Below, in pieces: positions 37,701 to 52,100 of a DNA stretch of 64,000 nucleotides. Both the position numbers and the translations under genes were made by a program. The notes beneath the pieces were generated by a model. That model worked only from the letters and a program-made list of their open reading frames with translations. It had not been told where the DNA came from and did not search any database. Origin of the DNA: Schmidtea nova (taxonomy: Eukaryota); NCBI GenBank assembly GCA_044892505.1, contig CM097882.1:172422001-172486000 (forward strand), given 5' to 3'. How positions within the stretch are numbered: the first letter of the stretch is position 1; every line of letters begins with the position of its first letter.

Positions 37701-40700
37701 AACCAAAGCAAAATTTGCTGCACAAATTGCAAAAACCATTGAAACTTTTCGAGCTAAAGTGGCAGAATTTATTCAAAGGTATCGTAGTTCCGGTCCCGGA
37801 AATGAATCAGAAAATCTTGATCGTGGATATAATGTCATGTCAGATTTTACAAAAGAAGTAAATGAATTAGAGGCTGAAAGATTAGATCTTTTGAAAAGTG
37901 AAAGACTTCTCGACTTACCAATATCAATGTACCCAGAATTGAAAGATATCAAAGCAGAAATAGAAAAATTAATTCCGGTGTATGATTTATACATGGAACA
38001 AAAAGTATGTCATAAATTTTCAACATTTTTAATATAAAATTAGACTCTTAGAAAAGACTCCTATTCTTTTATTTTAACACTTATTTTTACTTTTCATTAA
38101 TTTAATAGCTAACGCAAATCTCTGTAATAAAAACCTTAACTCATAGGTTACTGACTACCCTTTTCAGTTTCAAATGGACTTCTGGAAAAGGTTTGTTATC
38201 GTATTTAATAAGAAACTAAAAAATATTAGTTAAAATATAAGGCGAAATTAGAACGATATAATTGAGGAAACAGTTATTATTAAAAGAATAATAAATATCG
38301 TATCGACTGTGATAGAGACTCGTGTACGGTGAATATGATAACTATTGATAAAGTCATAAAAGGAACATTTGAAGGAGCTTTTATCGGTAGCGGGGAAATT
38401 GTAAACATTCATTTTTTGATAAAACATTCTGGATGTCAAAGAGGAGATTCAAGTGGGTTTTAGTGAGCTGCAAGGTTAATGTATGTGATTTTAACCTTAT
38501 AATGAGGAATTTTTCGAATACAATTTATAATATTTTCGTATTCAAAACTATTTAAAAATTAAAAATATCCAGGTAGCTAATTTTTTTATTGAATAAAAAT
38601 GTGTTGAATTAAATTTAAGACAAAATTTTTATTATATAAAATTTATTGTATAAATACTAGAGTTCCGGATAATTAGTAATTGTCAGCAAAGGAATGTGAA
38701 CGAAATAAATTGCTCATTTATATTTGATAACGTACTTAATCAGACGTTTCTGCAAAGAGGTGTGAAAGAGACTGAAAAATACCACACAATAGAGCCAAAT
38801 CATGAGTGCTTATTACAAAAGAACTGGGAAATCTTTCTTCTAAGTTTGACAAAATTCTCATTAAATTTAGTTCATAAATAATCAAAGTATTGCTGAAATA
38901 ATGCAAATTTTTCCTCATATATTTTGATTAAATTATAATCATCTACCAAATCTGTGCACTCAACTGTTGTTAACTTAAAAATAAAGCGATGTACACTGTC
39001 ATCTTGGGAAAACGATTTACATCTAACTGTATTTTAAATTCCCTCATCTTCATTTAAAATTATTCGAAAGCGGTACATTGTATTTCTACTAAATGCATTT
39101 ATCTCGTTAAGTCCACCAGATTTAATACTTTCCTGAATCTCTTTCTTAACAAATTGATTAAATATAAACCAACAGCTGCATAGACGACTATCATTTCCAC
39201 TTTTCATATTATTGACTTTTGATTTATCATAATTGGATTTCGCATCACAGAAACCTTTAATCAGGACATTATTGTTGTTATCATTTTTCCCCAATAATCT
39301 TTGTCATTTCATTTCTAAAACTTGTTAAATATTGATTTTTGTTGTTTCACTGTCAGTGAGATGATTTCGTTAAAAAACTGAGACCATTAACATGTGTAGT
39401 CATCAAGAATCTTTTGGTGTCAAATAATTTTTAAATTTCCATTGATAAAATTCTTTAAATTGAAAATTCTAATGCAAAAATTTTTTATTTATCTCAAAGC
39501 TTAAAAACAAAACAAATTCAATTTTATTGTCTCAGTAAAGCACGCAAAAATTAATTTAAATTTTTTAATTTAACAACCAACTCAATTTCATAAGGCTCAC
39601 AAAATTCCAGCAATAAGAATTCAAACAAGAAAACTGGAAAACCACTGGACGCAGGAAAAACTAAAAACCATACACAAAAAACACTTGTTATACAAATAAA
39701 ACGTGTTATCACAACAACTAACCTCCAAATGAGAATGTCCGAAATTTGACTTACCAATGAAAAAAGGAACCCAGAAAAACAAGTTTTTAATGTAACTCTT
39801 TCTTTTTCTAATGTTCTCGGTTAATTTTATTGTTGTTTCATTGTTTGGTAGTTTCTTGGAAACAGTAAATTGAAAAATCACATTGTTTCAAAATTTTTCA
39901 ATGGAATAATTTGTGGGCCACCCCGAGTCTGCTCGCAAATTTTCAGATCGATTGGATATCGGGAAGTGGGTTAAAAATCGATCCAAAGTTTGACAAAAAA
40001 ACAAACAGAAATTGGAAGTTAATAGAAAGAGTTAAAAAATGAATTGTAGTTGTCCACAATATTCCACAACAACTTATATATTTAATGGAAAAATAATACT
40101 GGGTCTTATATTTAATACAATGCGCATTGTATGGTTGAAAAAACTAATTGGAGAATAAATATTTGCGATAAATATTAAATTACAATAATAATAAACAATT
40201 TCTATTATAATTCATATATATTATATAGAATGCAACACAGCAATGGTCATGTGTATTGTGGAAAGATGTGAATACTACTGAAATGGCTCATGACATGAAT
40301 ATATTTCTTGGAAAATTTAAAGCCTTTAATAAAATTACCAAAATGATTCCAGCATCTCGAGCCTTATTGGCACAAATGAAGAATTTCAATGAAGCTTTAA
40401 CATTAATCAAAAATTTGAAAAATGATGCGCTTCGTGATCGGTATATATTTAATAAATTAATTGTTTAATTATTAAATTAAAATATAGTTATAACTCGAAA
40501 CCATAATTAAAATTATAATTAAAAAGAAATGCCAAAGTTTTAAATCAGGGATCGCAAACTGGTGGCCAAAAGAACTTCGTATCAGGCCCGAGGTCTAAAC
40601 GATTTCTTTTGTAAAATCAATTTTTCTAACATCTTGCGAGAATTACTCTAATTTCTACGTTTCAGTTAGAGACAATTAATTTAAATAATAAAGAACGCTA

Positions 40701-43700
40701 TAAGAAAATATATTTTCTAATAATATATTTTAAAAATATGATAATCATCTTATTATTATTTAAACAAATTTCTTTGAGACATTTTAAAATAATTCAAATA
40801 GCAATTTTATATAAATTCAGCATCAATTTAAAATTTCAAACTTATTTTTAAAAATGTTTAAAATTTTTTTTTAATGTCATGTTAAATTTCCCATTCACTT
40901 TATTGACTTTTTTAATTTAAAAATGTTTTTAAAAACATTTTTATAATTCTAAAATTAATCCATTAATATTTAACAATAAAATTTTAATTATATAATTATA
41001 AAATTATTGTTCACAACATACATTATATAATAATTTATAAATGATATTAAAATACAGATTAACCGTGCACAAGATTTATTAGAAAAATATTAGAAAAGGG
41101 GTAAGTGATTCATCTGGCACAGAGCGTTCTGATTGGCTAAATAAAGGCATGACTAGTTCACATTATTACTGCGTCATAAACAGTGGCCATTTTTAGAGGT
41201 CTAGTTATGAGTCATACTGTGAGTCATGATAGATATATATATATATATATATAACAAAGACAATGAAGATTATTTTTTAAAGTTCTTACACGCCATTAAA
41301 ATAGTTTTTTGTACTAAGTGCTTTGATTACCCCGATCGGGTAATATATATATATATATATATAGTTTTTTAAAAAAATTATAATAGATTGTAAACAACAT
41401 TTTATGCTTTAGAACAATCATATTCTCAAATATTTTTCATAAATAGTAAAGACAAATTCTTAAAGTTCTGGTGGGTTGTTGATCGTCAATATGACCTTGA
41501 CGTTTCTATGGCTCTCATCAACAACTCAACACACAAAACATTGAAATTACCATCTTGTTACCCGTCACTATGTAACGTTGGTACTGTAACAAGTGGGTGG
41601 GTATTCGCAATCAGTGAGCGTCGTCAATACGAAACTATGATTGACCGAATATCTCCTGGGTCCAAGGGCTACCGATGGAAGGTTTCTTGCCCATTTTTGT
41701 CCCCCTAATTTATCTGCTCTATCACTGTAGATGTTTTATACGAGATTTTCATTTGAATATTTTCGCCAAACTGTGATTTATTTATTAATCAATTAATTTA
41801 TTCGAGCGCTATTACTCTATTCGCAAGCATGCACTCGAAAATATTATCGCAACTCAATTAGGTGATCAATTATTCCTTCAGAAAATGCATATATTTGGGA
41901 ATATACAAATTGCTCTTATTTAGACCCAAGTTTTTATCATTATCGCAATTTCCTTAAATTGTTATGTTTTTTATATTTAAAATTTATGTAAACTTTATTT
42001 ATATTCAAATCCTATTGTCTATCTTGCTTTAAATTTATAATAGAAAATTCATTAAAATTTCAACATTTTGATTTTAAAATTTTGCTGAGGCCTTAGTAAC
42101 GAGATTGATTTAGTAAAACTTTTGCTTATAATTTATAATCATCAGATTTCGGTCTTTTGAAATTATTTAATTCTTGAATTTAATTTAAAAAATTTTTTGC
42201 ATTTTTAAATTAATTTGGTACAAAATTAGCTGCAATTTTCTGATTCAAAATATTCCCTATGTTTAAACTAATAGAAAAATTTATTTCTCCTAATGTATAA
42301 ACGGCGACAATTTAAATCAGAATTCATTGATTTCCAATAACATTACATTTGTTCACCAAATATTCAATCCAGGAATTCTCGGGCATTCATCGACCTCAAA
42401 TTTATAGGCAATAGTAGGTATAATATACTTTGAAGGTTTTATTAATGCTATCTTTTAGCTTTTCAGGACAATTGAGCTCAAATTCTCAAACCAATTACAA
42501 TTTAGAAATCTTCAAAAAAAAATCGTTGATCACTACTGATCCGAATTTCAGTGGAGTAATTAAATTTTTCGATTTTTCCCCTGTTATATCATATATCTAT
42601 TCAAATATAACTTAATGTGTTCTATGACTTTTTAATTTTTGATTGGTAAAGTGTGATGATTAGGATGGTATGATTTTCTTTTATTTTTCGGGTAAAATAA
42701 AACTTGTTCAAAAGTATTTCTCTTTTTCTTTTTCAACTATTATTACAAAAAAAAATTTTTAAAGTAATTTCAACATTTGAAGGGTGAATGTCAGCACTTT
42801 GTTAAAGACATTTTATTATCATGACGTTTAATAATAGATTTAAAATACCTTTGGCCACTTCATGAACACGTCGTTAGAATGCTGCGGATGGACTAAAAGG
42901 GGGTGCATGGATATGAGGTTTGATGTGGACGTTAGGTAAGGGGATCCTTTGGGGAATATAGAATGGTTTTGTCGTTGGCGAATGTATGGATGAGCGAGAT
43001 ATGTCATTTTATATGGAGGTGAATTAACGATTCTAGTATTCAGAGGGAATTTGCGAGTTGTCATGTTGAATTTTATGGTGAAGTTTTATATGGTATAAAA
43101 TGAGATGAGATGGAGTGATGGTGTGTAATATTGTTATAGATTTAGATGATTGTATTGTTATCGTGTTTGCGTGCGATTCTATGATGGGTGACTAAAAACA
43201 ATTGAGTGCTTGTGAGTGTGGTTGGACGTACGATGCTAACTAGCATGTCTGTGTGGAATTTTTTGGTATGGTCTGCCTGTGTGTATGTGATTGTTGAATG
43301 TTATTGAATGATATTATGTAGGTGTGTATATTGTGTTTTATATGTATGTTGTTTATGTATTAGTATGGATGATACTATTGAGTGAAAAGGGTGTGAATTT
43401 TTGCAATGAGTGATGTATCATTATTTTTAAGATATCGTGGGGTGGTTATATTATAATTAAATAAATTATATAAAATATTTTAAAGTTAAAATAATAAAAA
43501 ATTTTTAAATTAAACTAATAGTAATGATTTTTAGATCAAAATAATAATAATAATTTTTAAATCGAAATAATAATAATAATTCTCATAATGCTTTTAACAA
43601 ATTTTTAAGTTTAAAATTTCTATGAAAAACAATTAACGATAAAGTTTATAATTTTTATAATGTCGATTTGAATTTAAAATTTCTTTATTTTAAGAATAGA

Positions 43701-46062
43701 TCAAAAAATTTTTTCTATAAAATCTCGAATTCAGATTTTTTATAAAATAATAAAAATTATTAATATAATAATAAAATTTCAATCTGTAATTTTTAGGGGG
43801 TTCAATATAACTTTTGATTTGCAAATTCTCTGGAATTTTATGAAATGATAAGATCTTTTTTATATAATAACAATATTAGAAAAAATTTTTAGTTTACGAT
43901 TTTTTCATTTTAAGATTTTTGCAATATAATAAAAGTAAATTTTTATTCTCGATCAAATTGAAATAATAGTAAATTTTATCCGTAAATTCCGAGATCCAAA
44001 CAGATATTCAACCTAAAAAGTTTTATATACTGAATAAAAAATAAAATAACATAAGTTATAAATTCTTCAAGAATATTTTTAGATATCGAACAAAATGAAT
44101 TTCGGTTTTGTTGAGCATGAATTTCCCAATTAAAGTGCGCGCGAATTTTTCGGGACGCTTCACTTAGGAATTTCAGGCTCTCGAAAAACAAGATTCACAG
44201 GAAAAACTTATTTAGACCATAATGAGTTTTAATTCAGATTAAATCAATACTTGTTTCACAATTCGTTTCATTTCATGAGCAATATTCTAGCTTTGAGCAT
44301 TATTTCGAACAATTTTCTTTTCATCATTAGCTTCCATTTTTCTTGCGTTTTCCATAAGATGATCGTCGTTGAGAGTGTGAAGGTGAAGGCGAGTACGAGT
44401 CGATTTTTTTTTATCAGTAATATTTCCTATTTTAGATTTCAAGACATGAGTTAGAAATTGTTATGTTATATTACGAAATTGCTTATGTAGATAATAAAAA
44501 TATGCTACTCTATTATAATAAAAATCATTAGTATAACAGATCCTTGCTCTTGGCCATACCACGTTTCCCCAGTTGGGATGACGTGATTATGGATGTATGA
44601 GCCTCACCTTAAAGTGGAAATATGGGCTGGCCGATTACCAATCAGACAACGATCCACCCAGGCTACTAACAGATCCGCACAACCAAGGCTGGACGGATCG
44701 TCAGAAGATATGGGAGAAAAAAAAATTTATTTATTTTCCTAATTTTATTAAATTTGCTACTTGAAATGAAATGTTTGGCATGTATTGGGAATTTGTAACA
44801 AAAAAGAAATTCTTTCTCTTTTCAAGAAAAATTGATAAAAACAAATCATTAAATATTTTAATAATATCATAATAAAAAATACATAATCAACAAAATAATA
44901 AATAACATATTAATAATAAGCAAAGTGCGAGGAATGGAATGATCGTTAGGCATGATGAACGACCATTCCAATCCCCCATAATAACAAAAATCAAATTAAT
45001 CCTTACATTGGTCCACTCCAATTCTTCGGAAAGTATTTAAAGAAAATTTTCTTCTTGAAGACCTCGGAAAATTCTCTCTGCTGAAATTTACGTTCTTTCT
45101 CGACTTGAATCAATTCTGGAAAATTTCTGAAACGTTCTTCCCAAAATTCTGAACAAATTCTGCAAGTTAGAGGAGGTTCTCCAAATTATAATGGTAAAGA
45201 ATATTTTCAAAAAATTATAAATTCTCGATTCTGATAAATTTTTGTTACCACGAATTCTTAGTCAAAACAACAAAATAATTTTTACAAAATTCTCTGTTAA
45301 GGAAACGAAAAATTTTTTCACAAAATTCTCTATAAATAATAAAAAAATTTTTTTCGGAAAAATTTTCACAAATTCTGAATTCTGCCATTTTGATGGCGGT
45401 ATATATACCGTCGATTTTCGTCACCTTCACCAGTGCAATAAAACAAATTGTTCTAGAATCTTCTCTTAATTTTTTTCTAAATTAATTCTAATGATTTTCC
45501 GAAAATTAATTCCATATTTTTGTATAATAATTTTTTATAAACTATAAATAATTTATTTTAATTCAAAATTTTTATGTTTGAATCGAATTTTGTTCGATTT
45601 GATTTAATTTATGATATTCGATCCATATTAATTCTTTCTATTGTTAAATGTGAAATTTTGTGATAAATTCACAATTTTCCTCTAGAATTGTGTTAATTTT
45701 TCTGCACTTGAAGGTTTATGACAAAATTCTGTTCTTTATAGGCATTTTCAATGGGTTTTCTGCCTATTCTAACTTTCAAACGTTCTGCTTTTAATTTTTC
45801 TCGAGATTTCAGTGAAAAGACTTACAAATTCGCAGTTAGCGCGCACTCTACCGGTTGATGTGTTTTGATTCCACTTTACCTTTTGATGTTTTCCACTTAA
45901 TTGTTGGATTTTTAATGGGAGCTAAGGCTAAAAATGGAATCTTGCGCGTTCTCTACCTATGGGGTTATCGTTTTATTAAAACAAATTGCGTTTTGGCCCA
46001 ACAGTTCTTACACGCCATTAAAATAGTTTTTTGTACTAAGTGCTTTGATTACCCCGATCGGG

Positions 46063-46154
<92 letters not shown>

Positions 46155-49100
46155 TTTTAAAAAAATTATAATAGATTGTAAACAACATTTTATGCTTTAG
46201 AACAATCATATTCTCAAATATTTTTCATAAATAGTAAAGACAAATTATCTATATCATTTTAGTTTCAAAATGAGAATAGTAAACTTCAAAATTAGAAAAG
46301 TAAACTTCAATGTGATAATAATTTTATTTAGATATAAAACAATTAATTTAATACAAAATATTTTAAATTCAATTCATTAATATTGCATATTTTCTAAGTT
46401 AAGAGCCGCAGTGAATTTTCTTTGAATGCTTGTCTTTACTTGTCTGCAGACCTTCTTTCATAAAGTTTTCTAAGTTTCTTTTTCTGTTCTCTGGTAGTTA
46501 ACCTGTTAACCGGGCAGGACGTATATACAAGTCCTACGAAAATTACTATCAAACGGGCGAGACGTATAAATGCGTCCTCAAAACATATGTAAAACTTGTA
46601 AAAATGAGTCCTAGAACAGGCTAACAAAGTTCCGCCAGTTTTTGTGCACTACATTTATACGTCTCGCCCGTTTGATAGTAATTTTCGTAGGACTTGTATA
46701 TACGTCCTGCCCGGTTAACAGGTTAATTCACTTCTTTTACAAAAAAATACTTGATAACTTTTTTGAAAGTTATTTTTTAACATAACTCCTGTTTTCACGA
46801 AATTCCTGCTCCTGCAAAACTTCTTCAATTTTACTATGGCAAGGCTCATTGTCAATTACCATAACAACTGGTTCACCGTATCTGAGTATTGCTTGACGGA
46901 GGCCGCTTTTCATCCACGCTTTTGAATTTTCTTTGTTGAACGAACCTCTTCTTATTTCCTAATAAATTCATCCTATCGTGCTTATGCAGCCTATTACGTG
47001 AACATTAGTACCTTTTGAAGCAGATACTATAGTGGTACATCTTGTTCCCTTCACTGACCTGTCGTGTTCTTGATATATTGATGTTTGAATTCGTTTCATC
47101 CATAAACAAAATAGATTTATTTTGGGTCTGAAATTTCAAAAGACATTCAACAAATTCCTTTCGCTTTTGTTTGTTCTCAGGTGAGTTTCCTTTTTCAGGT
47201 TCATACCTTTAGTATTTCAGCAGGCAACAAAGAAAATCTAGGTGGTCTGATATTGTTGTTTTTGACATTAAGTAAATTTTTTCTTCAAAGGCAACACCGA
47301 GCTCCGATAATGTTTTTCGGTAGTTTTTTTCGATCATTTCAAATAAATAATCTAAATAAATTTCAATTATTTTTTGAAATTTTTTCCCTGCTCGTTTGTC
47401 TAAGGTATGGAACGTTGAGGGTGCGTACAAGTTCTCTAAAATCATCATTCATGTTTGGCACGTGAAGTAATTGCTTTTTTTAGATTCTTTTCTAATTTTT
47501 AATTTTGAAAACATTTTTATGACTGTTTTTGTACTAATAAAATTAGAATAAATTTAAATTAGCTTTAAACGATTTATTGAACGATTTATTATTAATATGA
47601 TAATGTTAAAAATCATCGCATTGAAGTTTATTATTCTCATATTGAAGTTTACTATTCCACGTTGAAGTTTACTGTTCTCGTTTTGAAACTAAAATGGTGT
47701 AGTATTAATTTACTTAATAAAATTTTCTGAAAATATAAATATTTCATGTAAAATAAATGTTGTTCACATTGTATTATACGTGGTGTGCCAAATAAGTCGT
47801 GAGACTAATATAGAAATAATAATAGTAAAAAAATTGATACAGACATATTTAAGCTTCAACATATATAGGTAAAGAAAGTGTATTTTGTTTTAATAATCCA
47901 TTATCCACTTTTGCGAACATTCGAAAAATGTCTCAAGTAAAAATCCACAAACCGAAAATACCGTCGGTCGTTATGAACGCTAGGCCACCCCAATCCAGTT
48001 ATCCCTGTAGTAAGAAGGATTTTGGGACCAAAGTGGATAGCCAAAAGATGGGACATGAAATTCTACCCATAAATATTGAAGAAAATCCACAAGAAAATAA
48101 TTTTTCAGAACAAGAAAAATTGAAAACCGAAAATAATAATATTTTAAATATTATGGAAATATTTTTTAAAAATTTACGGAAGTAATAAATAAAAATACGG
48201 AAAACAATTCCAAAAATGTCCTCAATCAAGCAAGTGAAAATCCACAAACCGAAAATACCGACGGTCAACAATTCTCCGAAAACCTATCTGAAAACATATG
48301 CGAGCTCCTCAAAGAATCCAGTGTCCAAAAACTTAGAATCAAAGAATTGGAAGAACAAGTTAAATCACTTACTAATATAATAAAGAATCTAGGAGCCTCC
48401 AATAATGCCAAACCTAACCGAAACTCCTGTGCATTTGTAGCTAGTAAATCAACAACTGCTCAGCAACCGACTCAGAAAACCCTACCGATCAAAAGACCAA
48501 AAATGGATGAATCGTATCTCGAAGAAGATTCAAAAAGATCCACTCAAATTTACAAAGACTTAGATAATCCAATCAGTGAGAAAAGAATCAATAATCTCAA
48601 AACTATTCCGAAAAAGAAAGGGAAACTTATTGTATCCAAATTTGATACCCCAATACAGATACACGAATACAGTCCAATTAATTACCTTCAACAGGCTAGT
48701 AGCTCTATACAAAGTCTTAACAAAAAAAGGGATGAATATCTCCGTATTAAAAAATCAATCCTTACTAAACCAAATCTGGAGAAGTATATCGGAGCAGAAG
48801 TTTCACCTAAAGACTTCTCAACAATCAGAAAATTCTTCCTACCTTCAATAAGATTCAATTTCAAATCCCATGAAGATAGTGAAAGAGTTTTCTCAATCTT
48901 AGAAAGAACACTTAATAAAAACATGGAAAGTATTCAGATTCCAATTAATGAATGGACGAACATCCTAAATTGTTTTAGTGTCCCTGAAGACTGGAAATTC
49001 CTGAAGAGGAATTCAAAAACAACCTCTCAAGAAGATCTGAATATGATTGATCTAATATCAGAGTCAATAATGGAGTACAGATTCAAAAACCAAGAGGATC

Positions 49101-52100
49101 ATAACCAAACAATAAACTTCTTTCAATTTACTATCAAGAGAATTTTTGCAGGCATCAGTAACAGATTCAAGCTAAAATATTGCCTCCCAGCCATAGTAAC
49201 CAATACAATTAATGATAATGACAATGATAATTTTGATCCAGATGACGTAGTCTTTTGATGCCTCATCAGACCTTCAAGAACCAGAAGCATCAATATCAAG
49301 CCTAGCCTGACGACTTGGGAGGGACATAACAAATGCAGTCCTGACCCCATCAAAACACCCACCTATGATGTTACCTGAAGCTAGAATTATAATACTCGAC
49401 ATTAATCAAACCAATGCAGAAAACATTAGTCTTCACAACATAATGCCAAATCCCTCTGAGCAAATATCAATAACAGGACATCAATCTAATCAAAACAACC
49501 CAACTGGAGGAAACAACGAAATATTTCTTCCCTCGCCTATATGCCATATTCAGATTAACAACAATCTAAAATATACCTGCATTGATCAGCCTTGCAGAAT
49601 GGAATTTGATGTTCTCTCACATGCTGAACATCATTTCAGAAACAAACATATTCAGATTGACCTAAAGGACTTCAGAATTAAATGTGTGGAATGCCAAGTC
49701 CCAATAATTTGGTCTGATACTGAGGAACACATTTGCAACCACCATCAAGAAAGAAAAATGGCGCAAATACACAGATCATCAACTATTGTCCCCTCTGAAC
49801 TAGATATTCCAATGGAAGCAAACTGGATGTCAGAAGCAGCCATAGAGGCAAACATTAGAAGCCTTATAAACACCTCCGAAAACATTGTTTATATCAATCC
49901 TAAAACTGCCAAGCATCTCTTGGATAACAACCGAATTGGGCTATTCAACGACCTAAAACCCGAACAGGTAATAGGCTGGGATATAGTTGTCTGGCTTATC
50001 CATTGGAGAAACTGCCTATTTAGCCAGTAAAAAAGACAAAAGATCCATTCTTATGGATCCAGGAAACCTTTCAACAATCTCAATGGATCAATTACTAACT
50101 CTCAAAAAGAAAATGGATGATACTCTTAGCATCCTAAATGATGAAACACATCATGGAAACCCTTGATGTCCCTAACGGTTATCCGACTCAAACCAACTCT
50201 CATGATTGGGGTTTATACGTAATACAATACATCAGAGACTTTGTAAATCTTCATGCCCAAGCAGGGTTTAAACAGCCGAGTGCAGACGAAATCAGAGACT
50301 CTACAACCCAATTAACTAATTTGGAAATTGATTTATTAAAGCATAAGCAGAATTACTCACCTGATTCCGAAATTATGGAACTGATAAGAAGTTTTAGACT
50401 TCATCAGGTAGACCTCGAATTTGCTATTGATTTTTTCACCCATAGATTCAATACCAATCTCAAACCAATCCGATCTAGAAAAAATGGCCCTATCAGAATT
50501 GCCAAATGCTCCTACCAAATCCAGTGATTATTTACCATAGCCCCTGGAAGAGCGGCAAAAGAAATTCAAAGATCACATTCATCAACCCAAGACCTACCAA
50601 GCTCCGAAATGAATTCATATTTTAAGAAGGAAAATCCAATAATATCCGAAATTAACATTATTATCAGAAAAGAAAAAATTTGCAGACTAATCCTGAATAG
50701 AATTAAAGTACAAGAAATTTATGATGAACTCCTAGAAACGGCAGATAGTGCTCCAGGCATGAATCTTATTCCTATACGCCAACGGAAATCGTGGATGAAT
50801 GAAAATGCACCAGTTGAGATTTTCAACTACATTCTCAACCAAAAAAGGATTCCGGAACAACGAAAAACCTTCGAGACAAAACTTATTATCAAGCCAGGGA
50901 AAGAAACTCAGAACCAAATAGCATCAAATTGGCATCCCATCGCCATTATGCCAACCCTATACCGAATATTTATGAAAATTATCAATCGAAGAATGCTGAA
51001 GTGGATCTCCAAGGGGAACTTACTTAACAACTGGCAAAAAGCCGTAAATATGAAGAATGGATGTGATGAACACAATTACATCATTCAATCTCAAATTGAG
51101 AAGATAAACAGACTACGTTATGCTAAAGAAGAAGTACATCTAGTCTTTCTAGAGCTAGCTGATGCCTTCGGAAGCATCCTCTATGAAGTCATATGGTACA
51201 CCCTGTCTAAGCTGGGTGCTCCAAAAGAAATAATCTCCTTAATCAAAGAAAGTTACTCAAACTGCCACACCATCTACAAAAGTGGCGACCAGAGATCAGA
51301 AAAAATAAAACTGGTGAAAGGTGTCAAACAGGGGTGCCCGCTCTCGATGACACTTTTCGGCTTATGCATTGAATTCCTTCTAGAATCGGTCATCTCGCTC
51401 AACAAAGGAACATCAATGGCTGGAGTTGATTTGAATATCCTCGCCTATGCCGATGACTTGGTTATAATATCCAAGTCCAACGAAAAGGCCCAAAGCATGA
51501 TAGATGAACTTTGTTCCCAAGCGGCCAAAGCCCATCTAATCTTTAAACCGGAAAAATGCGGTTATTATAATAACCCTCAGAATAATAAAGAAATATTAAT
51601 TTATAACAAACCGATTAAAAAGATAAATCCTGAAAATATCTATAGCTACTTTGGGGTCCAAGTAGGTGACTTAAAGAAACGGAATCTAGAAAAACTATTC
51701 TCCTTAGTAGAGAAAAAATCTGAAAATTATTTCAAGTCTAAACTTAGATGCCAACAGAGAGTGGAAGCCTATCTGATCTTTGGTCATTCCAAGTTTATAT
51801 TCCCACTGCAGGCAGAGGATGTGGCTAAAGCCAATATTGATGCCTTTGACCAGAAAATCAAAACCATGATAAAAAAGAATATTATAGACCTTCCAAATTC
51901 CTCTCCCTTCATGGACTCAATTATCTATGCTCCCAAGGAAAAAGGTGGCATAGGCATAACAAAAATAAGAGATGAACAAATGATACAATGTATAACAAGA
52001 TTTATTAAGTTATACAATAGTAATCATAAGGCAATAAATAGAATCCTTGTGGAAGAACTGATTGATATAGCAGCTGTCAGATCAGAAATTCCTATCTCAT

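Noticed and set aside
38570-39500. Possible hAT transposase remnant on the minus strand
   Set aside because: Fragments are suggestive but too degraded for me to identify a diagnostic motif with confidence.
42840-45860. Short ORFs at 42840, 43976, 44251 and 45242
   Set aside because: No recognisable domains; probably old decayed repeats.
47830-47927. Spliced-leader or U2 snRNA target sequence at the NeSL 5' junction
   Set aside because: No recognisable match to SL or U2 sequences that I know.
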